Part shown: positions 22,820 through 32,921 of the stretch, piece by piece
Numbering within the stretch: the first letter of the stretch is position 1
How the letters are laid out: every line of letters begins with the position of its first letter
Source of the DNA: Selaginella moellendorffii
Taxonomy: Eukaryota; Plantae; Lycopodiophyta
Direction: 5' to 3'
Assembly (NCBI RefSeq): GCF_000143415.4
Contig: NW_003314323.1
Coordinates: 187,208-251,207, forward strand
Length of the DNA stretch: 64,000 bases
The notes under the pieces: generated by a model
The model's database searches: none
What the model was told of the DNA's origin: nothing
What the model saw: only the letters and a program-made list of their open reading frames with translations
Program-made: the position numbers and the translations under genes

Positions 22820-24427
22820 TCAACAATGGCTGTCGTATAGATTGGACACTGCCACATATAAAGATCCATCACCACCACCCAGACGCGAGCTTTGGAGCAT
22901 CTCACTTCCAGCGCCAACTCCAACCTCGAAGCTCTTATGGGTTTTGCATGCATCCAGCAGCGCCATCCACGCCCTCGAATCCGTCTGGAATGGCATGCTC
23001 TTGATCAACTCCTCCGCCTCACCGATCCTGCCCGATCGCCCAAGAGCGCTGATCAAACACCTGTAGTGCTCCGCTCCCGGATGAATCCCGTGATCACATC
23101 TCATCGCCACGAAGCACTCCCAGATCTCGTCCAGCAATCCCGAGTGGCTGCACGCCCCCAGGATGTTAGTGAAGGCCACCTCGTCGAGATGGATCCCATC
23201 CAAGCACAGCGCCTGGAAGATCTCCATCGCTTGCCTGCCATGCCCGTGCTGGGCATACGCCGCCACCATCGCAGTCCAGGAGATGGTGTCCCTCGCCTTC
23301 ATCCGATCAAACACCTCCCGTGCGGCGATCACATCCCCAAACCGCGCGTAGAGATTGACGAGCGTCGTGCCCACGACTGCGTCCCTGTCGAGGCCGGACT
23401 GGATAGCTCCGTCGCGAACGAGGGCGCCGGAGGAAAGATCGCCTAAGCGCGTGCAAGCGGCGAGAACGGTCGCAAGAGTGGAAGCGTTGGGTCTCACGCT
23501 GAGGATCATCTCCCTGTATAGCTCCAGCGCTTCCCTGTCGTGCCCCGCCATGGCTTCTGCCGAGATCATCGTGCTCCAGCAAAGAACATCTCTCCTAGAG
23601 ATCTTTCGGAATGCCGATCTCGCACAGTCCAATCTCCCACAGCCACTGTACAAGCTGACCAGCGCGGTGCCGACGATGGTATCCGTCTCGATCTGGGAGC
23701 CCAGCCGGGAATGGAGCAGCACTGCCTCTTCTATCCGGCCCAAGCAGGCGAGCGCGTTAAGAACGCTTGCGTACGTGAAAGCATCGGGCTTCACACCAGC
23801 AGACGCCATCTCCTGGTAGATCTTCAAAGCTACTTCCAAATGCCCAGCTTCGGCATTTGCTGCAACCATTGCGTTCCACGACACAACATCCCGGTGCGTG
23901 ATCCGATCGAACACCTGCTTCGCCCGATCGATTCTACCACACTTGGCATACATTGTCACTAGCGCATTCTGAAGACCCACGTCCTGTTTGATCCCTCTTT
24001 TTACGATTTGCTCGTGGATTTCCAGCCCCTGCTCCAGGCATTTCAATCTAGCGCAAGCGGCAAGAGCGCTGGAGAAGATGAACGCGTCCGGCTGGATCTC
24101 CGTGCTGGAACGGACGAGAGCTCGGTAGAGACAGAGCGCTTCTTGCTCCTTGCCGGCCCCAACGTATGCCGAGATGATGATCGCCCAGGAGAATTCGTTC
24201 CGGAGGGGCATGCTATCGAACACCGCTCTGGCATCTTCCAGCCTCCCGCAATCTCTGTACATCTGGACGAGCAAGTTGCCCAGGAACCTGTCGCGGGTGT
24301 GGCCGCTGTGGATGATCCGGGCATGGACACGTCTCCCGTCCTCGAGCAGCCTCGATCGGGCACACTTCCGGAGGATCGTCGCGTACTCCTGCCTGAGCTG
24401 AGCATACCTGGACTGTGGTGGTTCCAT
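22820..24427 (-). CDS. PLS-class PPR protein (E-type)
   Basis: Intronless 535-aa ORF with PLS repeats and an E domain (HYRCLISALGRSGRIGEAEELIKSMPF). Confidence 0.92.
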   Translation of the reverse strand: MEPPQSRYAQLRQEYATILRKCARSRLLEDGRRVHARIIHSGHTRDRFLGNLLVQMYRDCGRLEDARAVFDSMPLRNEFSWAIIISAYVGAGKEQEALCLYRALVRSSTEIQPDAFIFSSALAACARLKCLEQGLEIHEQIVKRGIKQDVGLQNALVTMYAKCGRIDRAKQVFDRITHRDVVSWNAMVAANAEAGHLEVALKIYQEMASAGVKPDAFTYASVLNALACLGRIEEAVLLHSRLGSQIETDTIVGTALVSLYSGCGRLDCARSAFRKISRRDVLCWSTMISAEAMAGHDREALELYREMILSVRPNASTLATVLAACTRLGDLSSGALVRDGAIQSGLDRDAVVGTTLVNLYARFGDVIAAREVFDRMKARDTISWTAMVAAYAQHGHGRQAMEIFQALCLDGIHLDEVAFTNILGACSHSGLLDEIWECFVAMRCDHGIHPGAEHYRCLISALGRSGRIGEAEELIKSMPFQTDSRAWMALLDACKTHKSFEVGVGAGSEMLQSSRLGGGDGSLYVAVSNLYDSHC

Positions 24428-24511
24428 CTCGATCCAGCGAGCACGTTTGCTAGATTATCTGCGAACTTGGGAAGATCTATTTCTTGGGAACTTACAAGAT
24501 GAGAGTTCCAC

Positions 24512-25208
24512 TCACTCGTACTCTTCTAGAGGAGCTAGGCAATCCCGCACGGTTTGAGCCAAGTATGGGTTCTCCATTGCCGCTACAACGCGCTCCTTGT
24601 CATTAAGTTGCTTGTTCACTGCAAGAATGATCCATGATCCACAAACAAAAAGCTTTCCAGGAATTTTTCTTACCCGCAGCCTCGGTAGAGTGAGAACCTG
24701 GTGCCACTCTTATATCCACCTAAGATCAAAACCACTCAAACTCGAGAAAACTGGAAGAGAAGCCATACCTTGAAGCGAGGTGGAAGAGAGTGCATGAGCT
24801 TCACTCGAATGCACAGTCCAATCAGCGTTGCCATGCTACAGTGCTGGACTGTGGGAGTAAATGTGACCCTTGCAAATTCATCAGGCTAAACCAATCTAGA
24901 AGAAGAGAGAAATTTCTTTCTTCCATACCTCACAGAGCTTTGCTTATCGTCCACTTCGATCCCCTCTTCAGCGAGCACATTTAGCTGCTCCAGCGAGTAT
25001 GGATGCTCCGGATCGCGGATATCCCTCAAGTGCTGTGCTAAAATCGTCAAGGAAACCGAGGCGAAATTCCGTCCAGGTCAAGAAAAAGGATATCGAAAAC
25101 CTCCAAGGCGTCGATTTCTTCCACGGCGCTCTCGTCTCCGATGGAGGGGCGCTGCCGCCGCGTCGCCTTGCGCTCATGGATCACCGGATTCGCATTCTGG
25201 AGCGCCAT
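24512..25208 (-). CDS. AE7: AE7/MIP18/FAM96 cytosolic Fe-S assembly (CIA2) protein; 5 exons (25208-25094, 25034-24929, 24868-24769, 24719-24674, ~24618-24512)
   Basis: Hand-spliced product: [12 protein letters not shown]...[29 protein letters not shown]...[24 protein letters not shown]...[35 protein letters not shown]...*. It is absent from the ORF track. Confidence 0.93.
25035..25093 (-). other. U12-type (minor spliceosome) AT-AC intron in AE7
   Basis: 5' ATATCCTT, branch site TCCTTGAC (25053-25046) and 3' ...TAGCAC. Removing it restores the conserved reading frame. Confidence 0.9.
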
Positions 25209-25311
25209 GACATAAACCCTAGAAGAAGAGAGGATATTCCCACAGAATATTCGTCAAGAATATTCTGATAGAATATCCTCAATTCGAAATTCTTATGAAA
25301 GTTCGCGTCGC

Positions 25312-26997
25312 ATGAAATGGAGGAGAGTTTGGCTCTCTCGATCCTACAGCACCCTCCTCCTTCCGGAAGAGATCCACAGGCTGCGCAACAGCCTCGCTCA
25401 CGCAGATTCGGCAACGTTTACGCTGCTGCTCCGGCACTGCAGCAACGCGAGGGCGCTACAACAGGGCAAGTTGATCCATTCGTATATCATCGAGAAAGGC
25501 TACGATCAGGACACCTTCCTCGGTAATCTCTTGGTAAAAATGTACTCCGAATGTAACTGCATTCAGGATGCCCAGGCGGTGTTCTCCAGCATCCGTCACA
25601 AGAACGTCTTCTCGTGGAACATCATGATTGCAGCATTTGCCCAAACGGGGGATATGCAGAAAGCGAGGAAATGCTTCGATCAGACACCGCGGAAAGACGC
25701 AGTTTCATGGACGACCATGATGACGGCTTATACGCAAGTTGGAAAGTGCAAAGAGGCCTTGCAGCTGTTCAAGCTCATGGATCAGAGCGGTGTCTATCCG
25801 GATCAAGGCGCGTTTGTCAGCGTTCTCAACGCCTGTGCTAGCAAAGTCTCGGCTTCCGAGAGGAGAGAAATCCTAGAGCACCTTGAAACTGGAGTTTCGG
25901 ATTTGGATGTGGTGCTGGGAACCTCCATGGTTGGCATCTACGGGAAGTCTGGAGAGATTAACAAGGCCCGAGCGGTGTTTCGACAAATGCCCAAGAGGAA
26001 CGTTGTCTCGTGGACGGTGATGGTCGAGGCAACTGTGGAGGATGGGAACCTGCAGAGGGCGAGGGAGCTCTTTGAGAAGATGCCGGAATGGACGACGGCT
26101 TCGTGGGTGGTAGTGATCAGCGCTTACGCAAGGCTCGGGGAATTGCTCGAGGTTGAGTGTTTGCTTGACAGAATGCTGTATCAAAACGTTGCCGCCTGGA
26201 CTGTCGTAATTGCAGCAAATGCACATATGGGGCATGTGCAAGAGGCTGCGTTGCTGTTTCAGCGAATGGATCAGGCGGGCGTGCCTCCGGATAAGATCAC
26301 ACTCGTCAACATTCTGGATGGCTGCGCCAAGTTTGGGGCGCTAGATATCGCGAGAACCATCGAATCTGGAATCGCAGATACCGAGTTCATGAAGGATGAC
26401 ACTGTAGTCACGAATTTAATCAACGTTCATGGCAAGTGCAGCAGCGTGAAGCACGCAATCGAGCTCTTCGAGGGAGAGGCCTTCCTCCTGGACAGTGTGA
26501 TTCTATGGTCATCTACAATGGCAGCACTCGCACAGAACGATCGAGCGCACGAAGCAATCGAGCTCTTCCACTGTCTACAACTTTACGGGATGGAACCAAC
26601 GAGGATCACTTTCAGCATCGTTCTCTTCGTTTGCAGTCACGGTGGCATGATGAAACGAGGGTGGGAGAGCTTCCTGGCTATGCAAGCTGATCACTTCCTC
26701 AAACCGGATGTTGATCACTTCGTTTCCATGATCGACCTCCTGGGAAGATGCGGATGGCTCGACCTTGCTTTCGAGCTGATCGAGACAATGCCGTTTGTGC
26801 CAGACGACGTTGCTTGGACGATCCTGCTCAACACATCCAAGCTCTACGATGAGTCAACACGAGCGCGGTTGGCGGCGAAGCACCTGATGGAACTTGGAGA
26901 CGAAGACTCGGCGCCTTATGTCTTGCTAGCTGGTGTTTGCCGTTCTAGCTCTCCGCAACAAGACGAGGAACTCTTTCCCCACAGCCTCTCGCTGTGA
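25312..26997 (+). CDS. PLS-class PPR protein (E-type)
   Basis: 561-aa intronless ORF with a transit-peptide-like N-terminus and the E domain HFVSMIDLLGRCGWL. Confidence 0.92.
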   Translation: MKWRRVWLSRSYSTLLLPEEIHRLRNSLAHADSATFTLLLRHCSNARALQQGKLIHSYIIEKGYDQDTFLGNLLVKMYSECNCIQDAQAVFSSIRHKNVFSWNIMIAAFAQTGDMQKARKCFDQTPRKDAVSWTTMMTAYTQVGKCKEALQLFKLMDQSGVYPDQGAFVSVLNACASKVSASERREILEHLETGVSDLDVVLGTSMVGIYGKSGEINKARAVFRQMPKRNVVSWTVMVEATVEDGNLQRARELFEKMPEWTTASWVVVISAYARLGELLEVECLLDRMLYQNVAAWTVVIAANAHMGHVQEAALLFQRMDQAGVPPDKITLVNILDGCAKFGALDIARTIESGIADTEFMKDDTVVTNLINVHGKCSSVKHAIELFEGEAFLLDSVILWSSTMAALAQNDRAHEAIELFHCLQLYGMEPTRITFSIVLFVCSHGGMMKRGWESFLAMQADHFLKPDVDHFVSMIDLLGRCGWLDLAFELIETMPFVPDDVAWTILLNTSKLYDESTRARLAAKHLMELGDEDSAPYVLLAGVCRSSSPQQDEELFPHSLSL

Positions 26998-27960
26998 TTG
27001 TATGAGCTTCTTGAACTCGCCAAGTTTCTGCTTGAGGCCGGGGACACTGGACGATAAAGCCATCTCGAGCATAATGTCCATAGACATCTGCGAGGCTTCA
27101 ACTTTTTCAGGAGCAGCCCGAGCTGATGCAAGTCAAAAGACTTTTGAGTACCTGCGATTCACAAAGGTTGAGAGTGTGTAGTCTGTGAGCATCTCCCTCG
27201 TCTTAGTGCCTGCCTTGCCAACAGTTTCCACACCAACAACACGAGTAACTCTTTCCTTACAATGTGATTGTATGAGCTTCAAACTCGACAAGCTGGGATT
27301 GGACATCACTCGTGTACAAGGTGGAGGACTATCACTTCGAAGTGAAAGCAACTTTAGTTTATGGAAAGTAGTGTGAGTATCACCACTACAACTCCGCTTT
27401 GTATTGATCCCAAATTTCTATGATCTTGACGCATCCCTCGCATCGTCGAGAAGAGCCTCTCGTGTTTCTTAAACAGCGGCAGCATCCTGCAGGAAACACA
27501 GACGATATAAAGTCGAGACATACCCGGTGGGTTTCATATGCTTGCACATTGACAAGCACAGGAAGTAGAGCTTGAAGAACAGCAAAACGAACTTGCTTGT
27601 TTCCCAAGTTGTATGCCATACCCAATGGTTCTAACTTCTTTTGTGGAGCTCTCTTGACGAAGAGCTGCCACTTGAGACTGGCGAAAGCAAAGGCGAGCAA
27701 GAATTTGACGTTGCCATACGCACCTCACTCAGTTTGCTGGAGATTTCGTTGGACGCCACAGTGAAGTCACGTTCGTCGGCCTTCCCTTCTCCAAGCATGA
27801 ACGGGATGTCCTGGAACTGGAGCAAGAACTCGGGCCTCTTCCTCTTGCGGCACCACTTTGCGGTTTGTGTTGACATGGAATGGAACTGTAACCTTTGAGA
27901 AGTAGTAGTCGAGCCGGTTATCCATATCCGAAAAGTTGTAATTTGCATCCCTGTCATTCA
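26926..27960 (-). other. Possible small spliced gene or pseudogene of unknown function
   Basis: Coding-like segments with splice-like borders (MLPLFKKHERLFSTMRG...; EASQMSMDIMLEMALSSSVPGLKQKLGEFKKLIQSQRE...TS*). No complete model or family was recognised. Confidence 0.25.
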
Positions 27961-28044
27961 AAACCTAAAAATTTGGTGGTGGAAGAATATTCTCTATGCA
28001 TCATGCAACAATTCCTTACAGCCAATCGAATGAATTGATGGTAA

Positions 28045-30030
28045 CTATGCATTATCCAACAACTCCTTACAGCCAATCGCTGTGACTGCGTGATCTTCGA
28101 ACTCGCCAAGCTTTGCGAAAGCTCTTTGTCCGCGAGAGAGATCGCCTTGAAGTCCGCAAGCGCCAAGCAGAGCCACCAAGGACACCTGGTCCGGTTTGAA
28201 AGGCATGGCTTCGAGCAGCTCCTCGGCCTCTCCCATCCTGCCGCTCCGGCCCAGATGATCTACGAGGCAAGTGTAGTGTTCCTGAGACAACTTCGCCCCG
28301 AAGTGATCGTCAAGGATGGGGTGGAGTTGCGAGAACTTGGTGCCGGCGTGGCTACAAGCCGTGAGCGACGCGAGGAGAGTTACTTCATCGGGCTGGATCC
28401 CATGGAGTAGCATGCTGCAGACGAGCTCCATGGAAGCTTTGGACTCCCCGCTGTGTGCCAGTGCTGCGATCATCGCGTTCCAGAGCGGAGCACTCGGCCT
28501 CGAGAACGCCACCATTCTTTCGAACACACTCCGAGCTTCTTGGAGGCAGCCGCATTTTCCATACAAGTTCAGCACTGCGGTGCCGACTCTCAGATCGTCC
28601 AAGAGCTCGGCTTTGGCAGCGGCGACGACGAGCTTGCCGTGGACAAGATCTGGCAAGCTTGCACAGGCGTCCAAGGCAGAGACGAGCGAAATGGCGTCGT
28701 GCTGGATTCCTTCCACGTCCATTTCCACAAACAGCTCGATCCCCCGGCGAAACTCTCCTCCGTGAAAGCACGCGGCAAGCATTGAGTTCCATGACGCGAT
28801 ATCTCTCTGTGGCATTCCATCAAAAACTTTCTTGGCATCAAGGTGGCGAGGGTTTCTCGCGCAAGCCGAAACGAGAGCGTTCCAGGAGACGACGTTCCTG
28901 CTGGGCATTTGCTGGAACACAAGCACGGCATCGTCGAGCCTGCCACACTTGGCATACAAATCGACGAGCGCAGTCCCGACAACAGCATTTGAGAGTAGAC
29001 TATCGCGGCAGCAAATCTCTCGGTGGATTTCACTCCCAGTTTGGAGATCCCCAACACTTCCACAGGCATCCAACACGACCACGAACGTCACCCTGTCTGC
29101 CTGGAAGCCTTCCAAGTCCATGAGCACGAAGAGCTCCAGCGCTTCTCTGGGATGCCCAGCCTGAGCATAGGCTCCGATCATCGCATTCCAGGCCACGAAG
29201 TCGCGCTCCAGAGGGATCATCCCATCGAACAAGTTCCTCGCCTCTTGGAGTCGCCCGTGACGACCAAGTACCGCGAGCATCGACGTCCACAGCACCGTGT
29301 CTCTCGACGTTACTCTTTCAAAGCATCTCACGGCCTTGTCCAGCGATCCGAACTTCATCCCATGCAAGTTGACGAGCGCGGTTCCAATCTCGGTGTCCGA
29401 TTCAAGGCCAAGCTCGTCGCTTGCAGCTTCGATCGGGCGAGCAGCCGCTGGTGTAGCGGAGCAGGCATCCAGAGCGATGAGCAAAGACACCTTGTTGGGA
29501 GGAACCCCATCCAGGAGCAGCGCCTGGAACAGCGAGAGAGCCATCTCGGGGTGCCCGTTCTGGGCGTACGCCGTGAGCATCGAGTTCCAAGAGACGATGT
29601 TCCTCTCGGGCATCTTGTGGAACGCAAGCTCCGCGATTGACAATTCACCGCTCGCGGCATTTGCTGCGAGGATTGTCGTCCAGGACACTACATCTCTCTC
29701 CGGCGCGCTCACAAACACAAGATCGGCTTCCAAGAACGAACTAGAATCTCTACAAGCCGCGAGCATCGCGTTCCAGGCAACCAAATTCCTGGATGGCATG
29801 CGATCGAAAACACGCTCTGTGGCCCCAAAATCCCCATTATGGGCAAATGCGACAAAGAGGCTGTTCCACGAGAAGCTGTTCTTCGCGGCAATCTCCCCAA
29901 ACGCCGCCACCGCATCGCGGACGCTACCGCAGCGCCCATACATCTGGACGAGGAGATTTCCCAAGAACACATCCCTGTCCAGCCGTCCGGATCGAGCAAT
30001 CTCCGCGTGGAGGCGCCACCCCAGCGCCAA
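28045..30030 (-). CDS. PLS-class PPR protein (E-type); start uncertain
   Basis: 661-codon open frame of PLS repeats with no in-frame ATG before MYGRCG. Confidence 0.8.
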   Translation of the reverse strand: MALGWRLHAEIARSGRLDRDVFLGNLLVQMYGRCGSVRDAVAAFGEIAAKNSFSWNSLFVAFAHNGDFGATERVFDRMPSRNLVAWNAMLAACRDSSSFLEADLVFVSAPERDVVSWTTILAANAASGELSIAELAFHKMPERNIVSWNSMLTAYAQNGHPEMALSLFQALLLDGVPPNKVSLLIALDACSATPAAARPIEAASDELGLESDTEIGTALVNLHGMKFGSLDKAVRCFERVTSRDTVLWTSMLAVLGRHGRLQEARNLFDGMIPLERDFVAWNAMIGAYAQAGHPREALELFVLMDLEGFQADRVTFVVVLDACGSVGDLQTGSEIHREICCRDSLLSNAVVGTALVDLYAKCGRLDDAVLVFQQMPSRNVVSWNALVSACARNPRHLDAKKVFDGMPQRDIASWNSMLAACFHGGEFRRGIELFVEMDVEGIQHDAISLVSALDACASLPDLVHGKLVVAAAKAELLDDLRVGTAVLNLYGKCGCLQEARSVFERMVAFSRPSAPLWNAMIAALAHSGESKASMELVCSMLLHGIQPDEVTLLASLTACSHAGTKFSQLHPILDDHFGAKLSQEHYTCLVDHLGRSGRMGEAEELLEAMPFKPDQVSLVALLGACGLQGDLSRGQRAFAKLGEFEDHAVTAIGCKELLDNA

Positions 30031-30152
30031 GCTGCCACAGCCGCGAAGAACTGGCCCATAGAAGCGATGGATCGACGCCAGGCCACTCGCAATGGCATTT
30101 CTATCCCCAATCCAATCGATCAGCGCCCCTGGGATCGATCAATCCACTCGCA

Positions 30153-31538
30153 TCAATCCAAGCGATCAGAGCCCCTGGCATCGATCAAGCCGCGCAGGCC
30201 AGCGAGGAGAGAATACGGCGCGGAGTTGTGCGGATCAAGCTCCATCACCGCCGCCGCCGCCCGCAAACCCCGGAGCCAATCGCTGCTCGTCCGGCAAGCG
30301 CTCAGCAGCGCGACCCACGCCGCGGGATCCGGCTCAAACGGCATATTCAGCAGAAGATCCTCGGCGCTGGCCAGGTCACCACACCGCGCAAAGTAGTCCA
30401 CCACGCACACGTAGTGGTCTGCGGTGACTGCCACGCCGTACTCGCGGCCCATTGCACGGAAGTAGTCCACCGCGGCAGTCAACTCACCAGCGTGGCAGCA
30501 CGCCGACAGGACCGTAATCATCGTGACGTCACTGGGAGCCGCGCCGCCGGCCTGAATCATCCGGTGGAACACCCGCAGTGCGCCGCGGTGGTCGCCATTC
30601 TGCGAATATGCCGTCACCATGGTCGTCCACAGCACCGCGTCGTCATTGCACCTCTGCCGCACGCGGCAGAAGAGCTCCTCCGCGTGCGGCAGGCTCCCGC
30701 ACTTGGCGTACATGTTGACCACGCTGGTCAGCACCACCACGTCACCTCCTCCGTACAGCCCGGCCACCACGATTCCCTCCCGGAGCGCGGACGCCACGGC
30801 GCAGGAGTCGAACATGCGCACGAAGCTCGCCTGGTTGGGTTCGATTCCCTCCAGATCCATGAGACGAAACACTCCCAGCGCTTGCTCTACGTGCCCGCGC
30901 TGGGCATATGCCAGGATCATCTCATTCCACGTCGCCACGCCCTTGTACGGCACTATGTTGAAAAAATGCCGGGCACTAGCGAGATCCCCGCAGCTGACGT
31001 ACACGTCCATCATGTACTGGAAGGTCTCCAAATCCCTGTACGCCATCCTCTCAAAGTAGTCCACGGCTCTCTGAAAATGCCAACACCGGGCATTTGCTTC
31101 TACCATAGCTTTCCAGTGCTCGCAGCGCTTTTCCAGCATAGAATCAAACAAAAAGCTTGCCTTAGAGAACATACCGTTAACCAAGTAGGCTTTGAGCATG
31201 TCTAAATAGCATTTTGGCCCCTTTTCCTTGATTGGAAAGAACAGCTCCTCCGCTTCTCGAATATGCCCGTTCTGGGCATATGCGGCTATCATAGCCGCGT
31301 GAGTGATATCACTTGGATTATAGACCTTTGCGTACGCAGCCTCGGCATCCCTGACTAAGCCACACATTCCGTACAAGGAGATAAGAAGATTCCCGTAGTA
31401 TGCCTCTTGATCGTAGCCCCTGGAGGCGAGAATCTCGTGGATGCGCTTTCCCTCGTCGAGGGATCTTGCGTTGAGAAATTGCTTGAGCAAAGCGCAGTAG
31501 AGCTTGATCTCCGAGCTTTTCTTACGCTGGATTGGCAT
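30153..31538 (-). CDS. PLS-class PPR protein (E-type)
   Basis: 461-aa intronless ORF with PLS repeats and the E domain HYVCVVDYFARCGDL...MPFEPDPAAW. Confidence 0.9.
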   Translation of the reverse strand: MPIQRKKSSEIKLYCALLKQFLNARSLDEGKRIHEILASRGYDQEAYYGNLLISLYGMCGLVRDAEAAYAKVYNPSDITHAAMIAAYAQNGHIREAEELFFPIKEKGPKCYLDMLKAYLVNGMFSKASFLFDSMLEKRCEHWKAMVEANARCWHFQRAVDYFERMAYRDLETFQYMMDVYVSCGDLASARHFFNIVPYKGVATWNEMILAYAQRGHVEQALGVFRLMDLEGIEPNQASFVRMFDSCAVASALREGIVVAGLYGGGDVVVLTSVVNMYAKCGSLPHAEELFCRVRQRCNDDAVLWTTMVTAYSQNGDHRGALRVFHRMIQAGGAAPSDVTMITVLSACCHAGELTAAVDYFRAMGREYGVAVTADHYVCVVDYFARCGDLASAEDLLLNMPFEPDPAAWVALLSACRTSSDWLRGLRAAAAVMELDPHNSAPYSLLAGLRGLIDARGSDRLD

Positions 31539-31665
31539 AGCGGAGTAAAGATTTTCCTACCACCTAGATTCATGTCACACATGGTGGAAATTTTTCTTTC
31601 ATCAAATGTTGTCTATACACGTAACGCTAACTCGTCAAATCAGAAGTTTACAAGCTGTGGATGAT

Positions 31666-32840
31666 TTACTCGTACAAATGCTGGCTCTTTGGCCGCGCGA
31701 GGCCGATTGGGACTGGCGAAAAGGACGTGGAAGACGACGCCCAGCGATTCCCAGTGCCAGACTCCTGGGCCCTGCGATTCCTTCGTGGAAGATCCTCCCC
31801 AATCTCGGCTGCGCGGGGATTTCCATCGCTAACGCTCGAGTGTGACGACGACGAAGAAGAAGTCGTGCTTTGCCGCCGCGAGGTGAAAAGATTCACGACC
31901 GATCGCTCCCACCACCATTTCAAGCTCTTGGTTGCCACCGGGAGCAAGAGGAACGCGAGCCTCAGAGCCAGGAAGCACGCCGCGAGCGTGAGATACATGT
32001 TGCCCTCAAGTAACTTCTCGGGAGAGATATACGGGCACATACCAGCCGGAGGTCTGCCTTGGCTCGAGTGAAGGATCAGAGCTTCCGAGGATCCTTGAAC
32101 TTCCGGCGAAAATCCTGGACAGAAGCAAGAATGGATGAAGCTGGAGAGAAAGAGAGAAAGAACTGCGCAAACAAACCAACCTGTCATGTCTTTGTAAAAG
32201 CTCGCCAAGTTCTTGAGATCTTTGGATCCGTGGAAACGAGTCCTGGACTTGGAGGTGAGATGGATCAGTGTTGGGAAGCTATTCACTCCATACTTCGAGA
32301 GAACACTGCATGCATCGAAACGTTCTTGTGAGTTTCTGTGAGTTTGATCCAGCTCCTCTTTCCATACCTCGGCCTCACGCTCGATTCCTCCACAGCGATG
32401 TGATACACCGACGGATAAATGGAAGACATCGTGTCAAACAATGGCCTCATGAGCTTCGAGAATGGACACCACGACGCGTAGAGCAGTAGCATCGCGCTGG
32501 ATTCCTCCTTGGACACCGACCACAAGGAACTCAGCGTTTGCTCCAGAGTAGCGGAGCTCTCGTTTAGCTAGAACACAAACCAAGACCACAAAATCAAATG
32601 CGCTCTCTCATCGTAATCCTAGGCGATCGCGATCGATCTTACCTCAAGAACCCGAGGAACAAGGCTCACGCGATTGACGAGCTCCCCGATGACGACCTCG
32701 TCGGGGGAGTGGAGAAAGATTTGCGCCAAAGAGGGGCGCTTGCAGCACGGCGCCTCCGGCAATCCATCCGACGATCCGAAAGAATGCAAGGAGAAGAGGA
32801 GGAAGAGAGCGTGTAGCAGCAGCCTGTGAGGATCGAGCAT
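31666..32840 (-). CDS. 5'-adenylylsulfate reductase-like (APRL) thioredoxin-fold membrane protein, multi-exon
   Basis: Signal peptide MLDPHRLLLHALFLLFSL, Trx motif LYASWCPFS, SVFSRYGVNSFPTL, and CPY.SPEKLL...YLTLAACF transmembrane segment. Confidence 0.85.
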
Positions 32841-32921
32841 GGTCTTCTTCCCCGAAAACCCTAGGAGCTGGAATGAAAATTTAGGGCAACAAGAAATTTT
32901 TTTGGAAGGGAGAAAAGAGCC

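Noticed and set aside
24999-25268. 89-aa plus-strand ORF
   Set aside because: It is antisense to AE7 exons 1-2, which explain the region.
29793-31205. 470-aa plus-strand ORF and other long antisense ORFs (4204-4944, 8354-9145, 29297-30061)
   Set aside because: Antisense shadows of GC-rich genuine genes with no domain signal.
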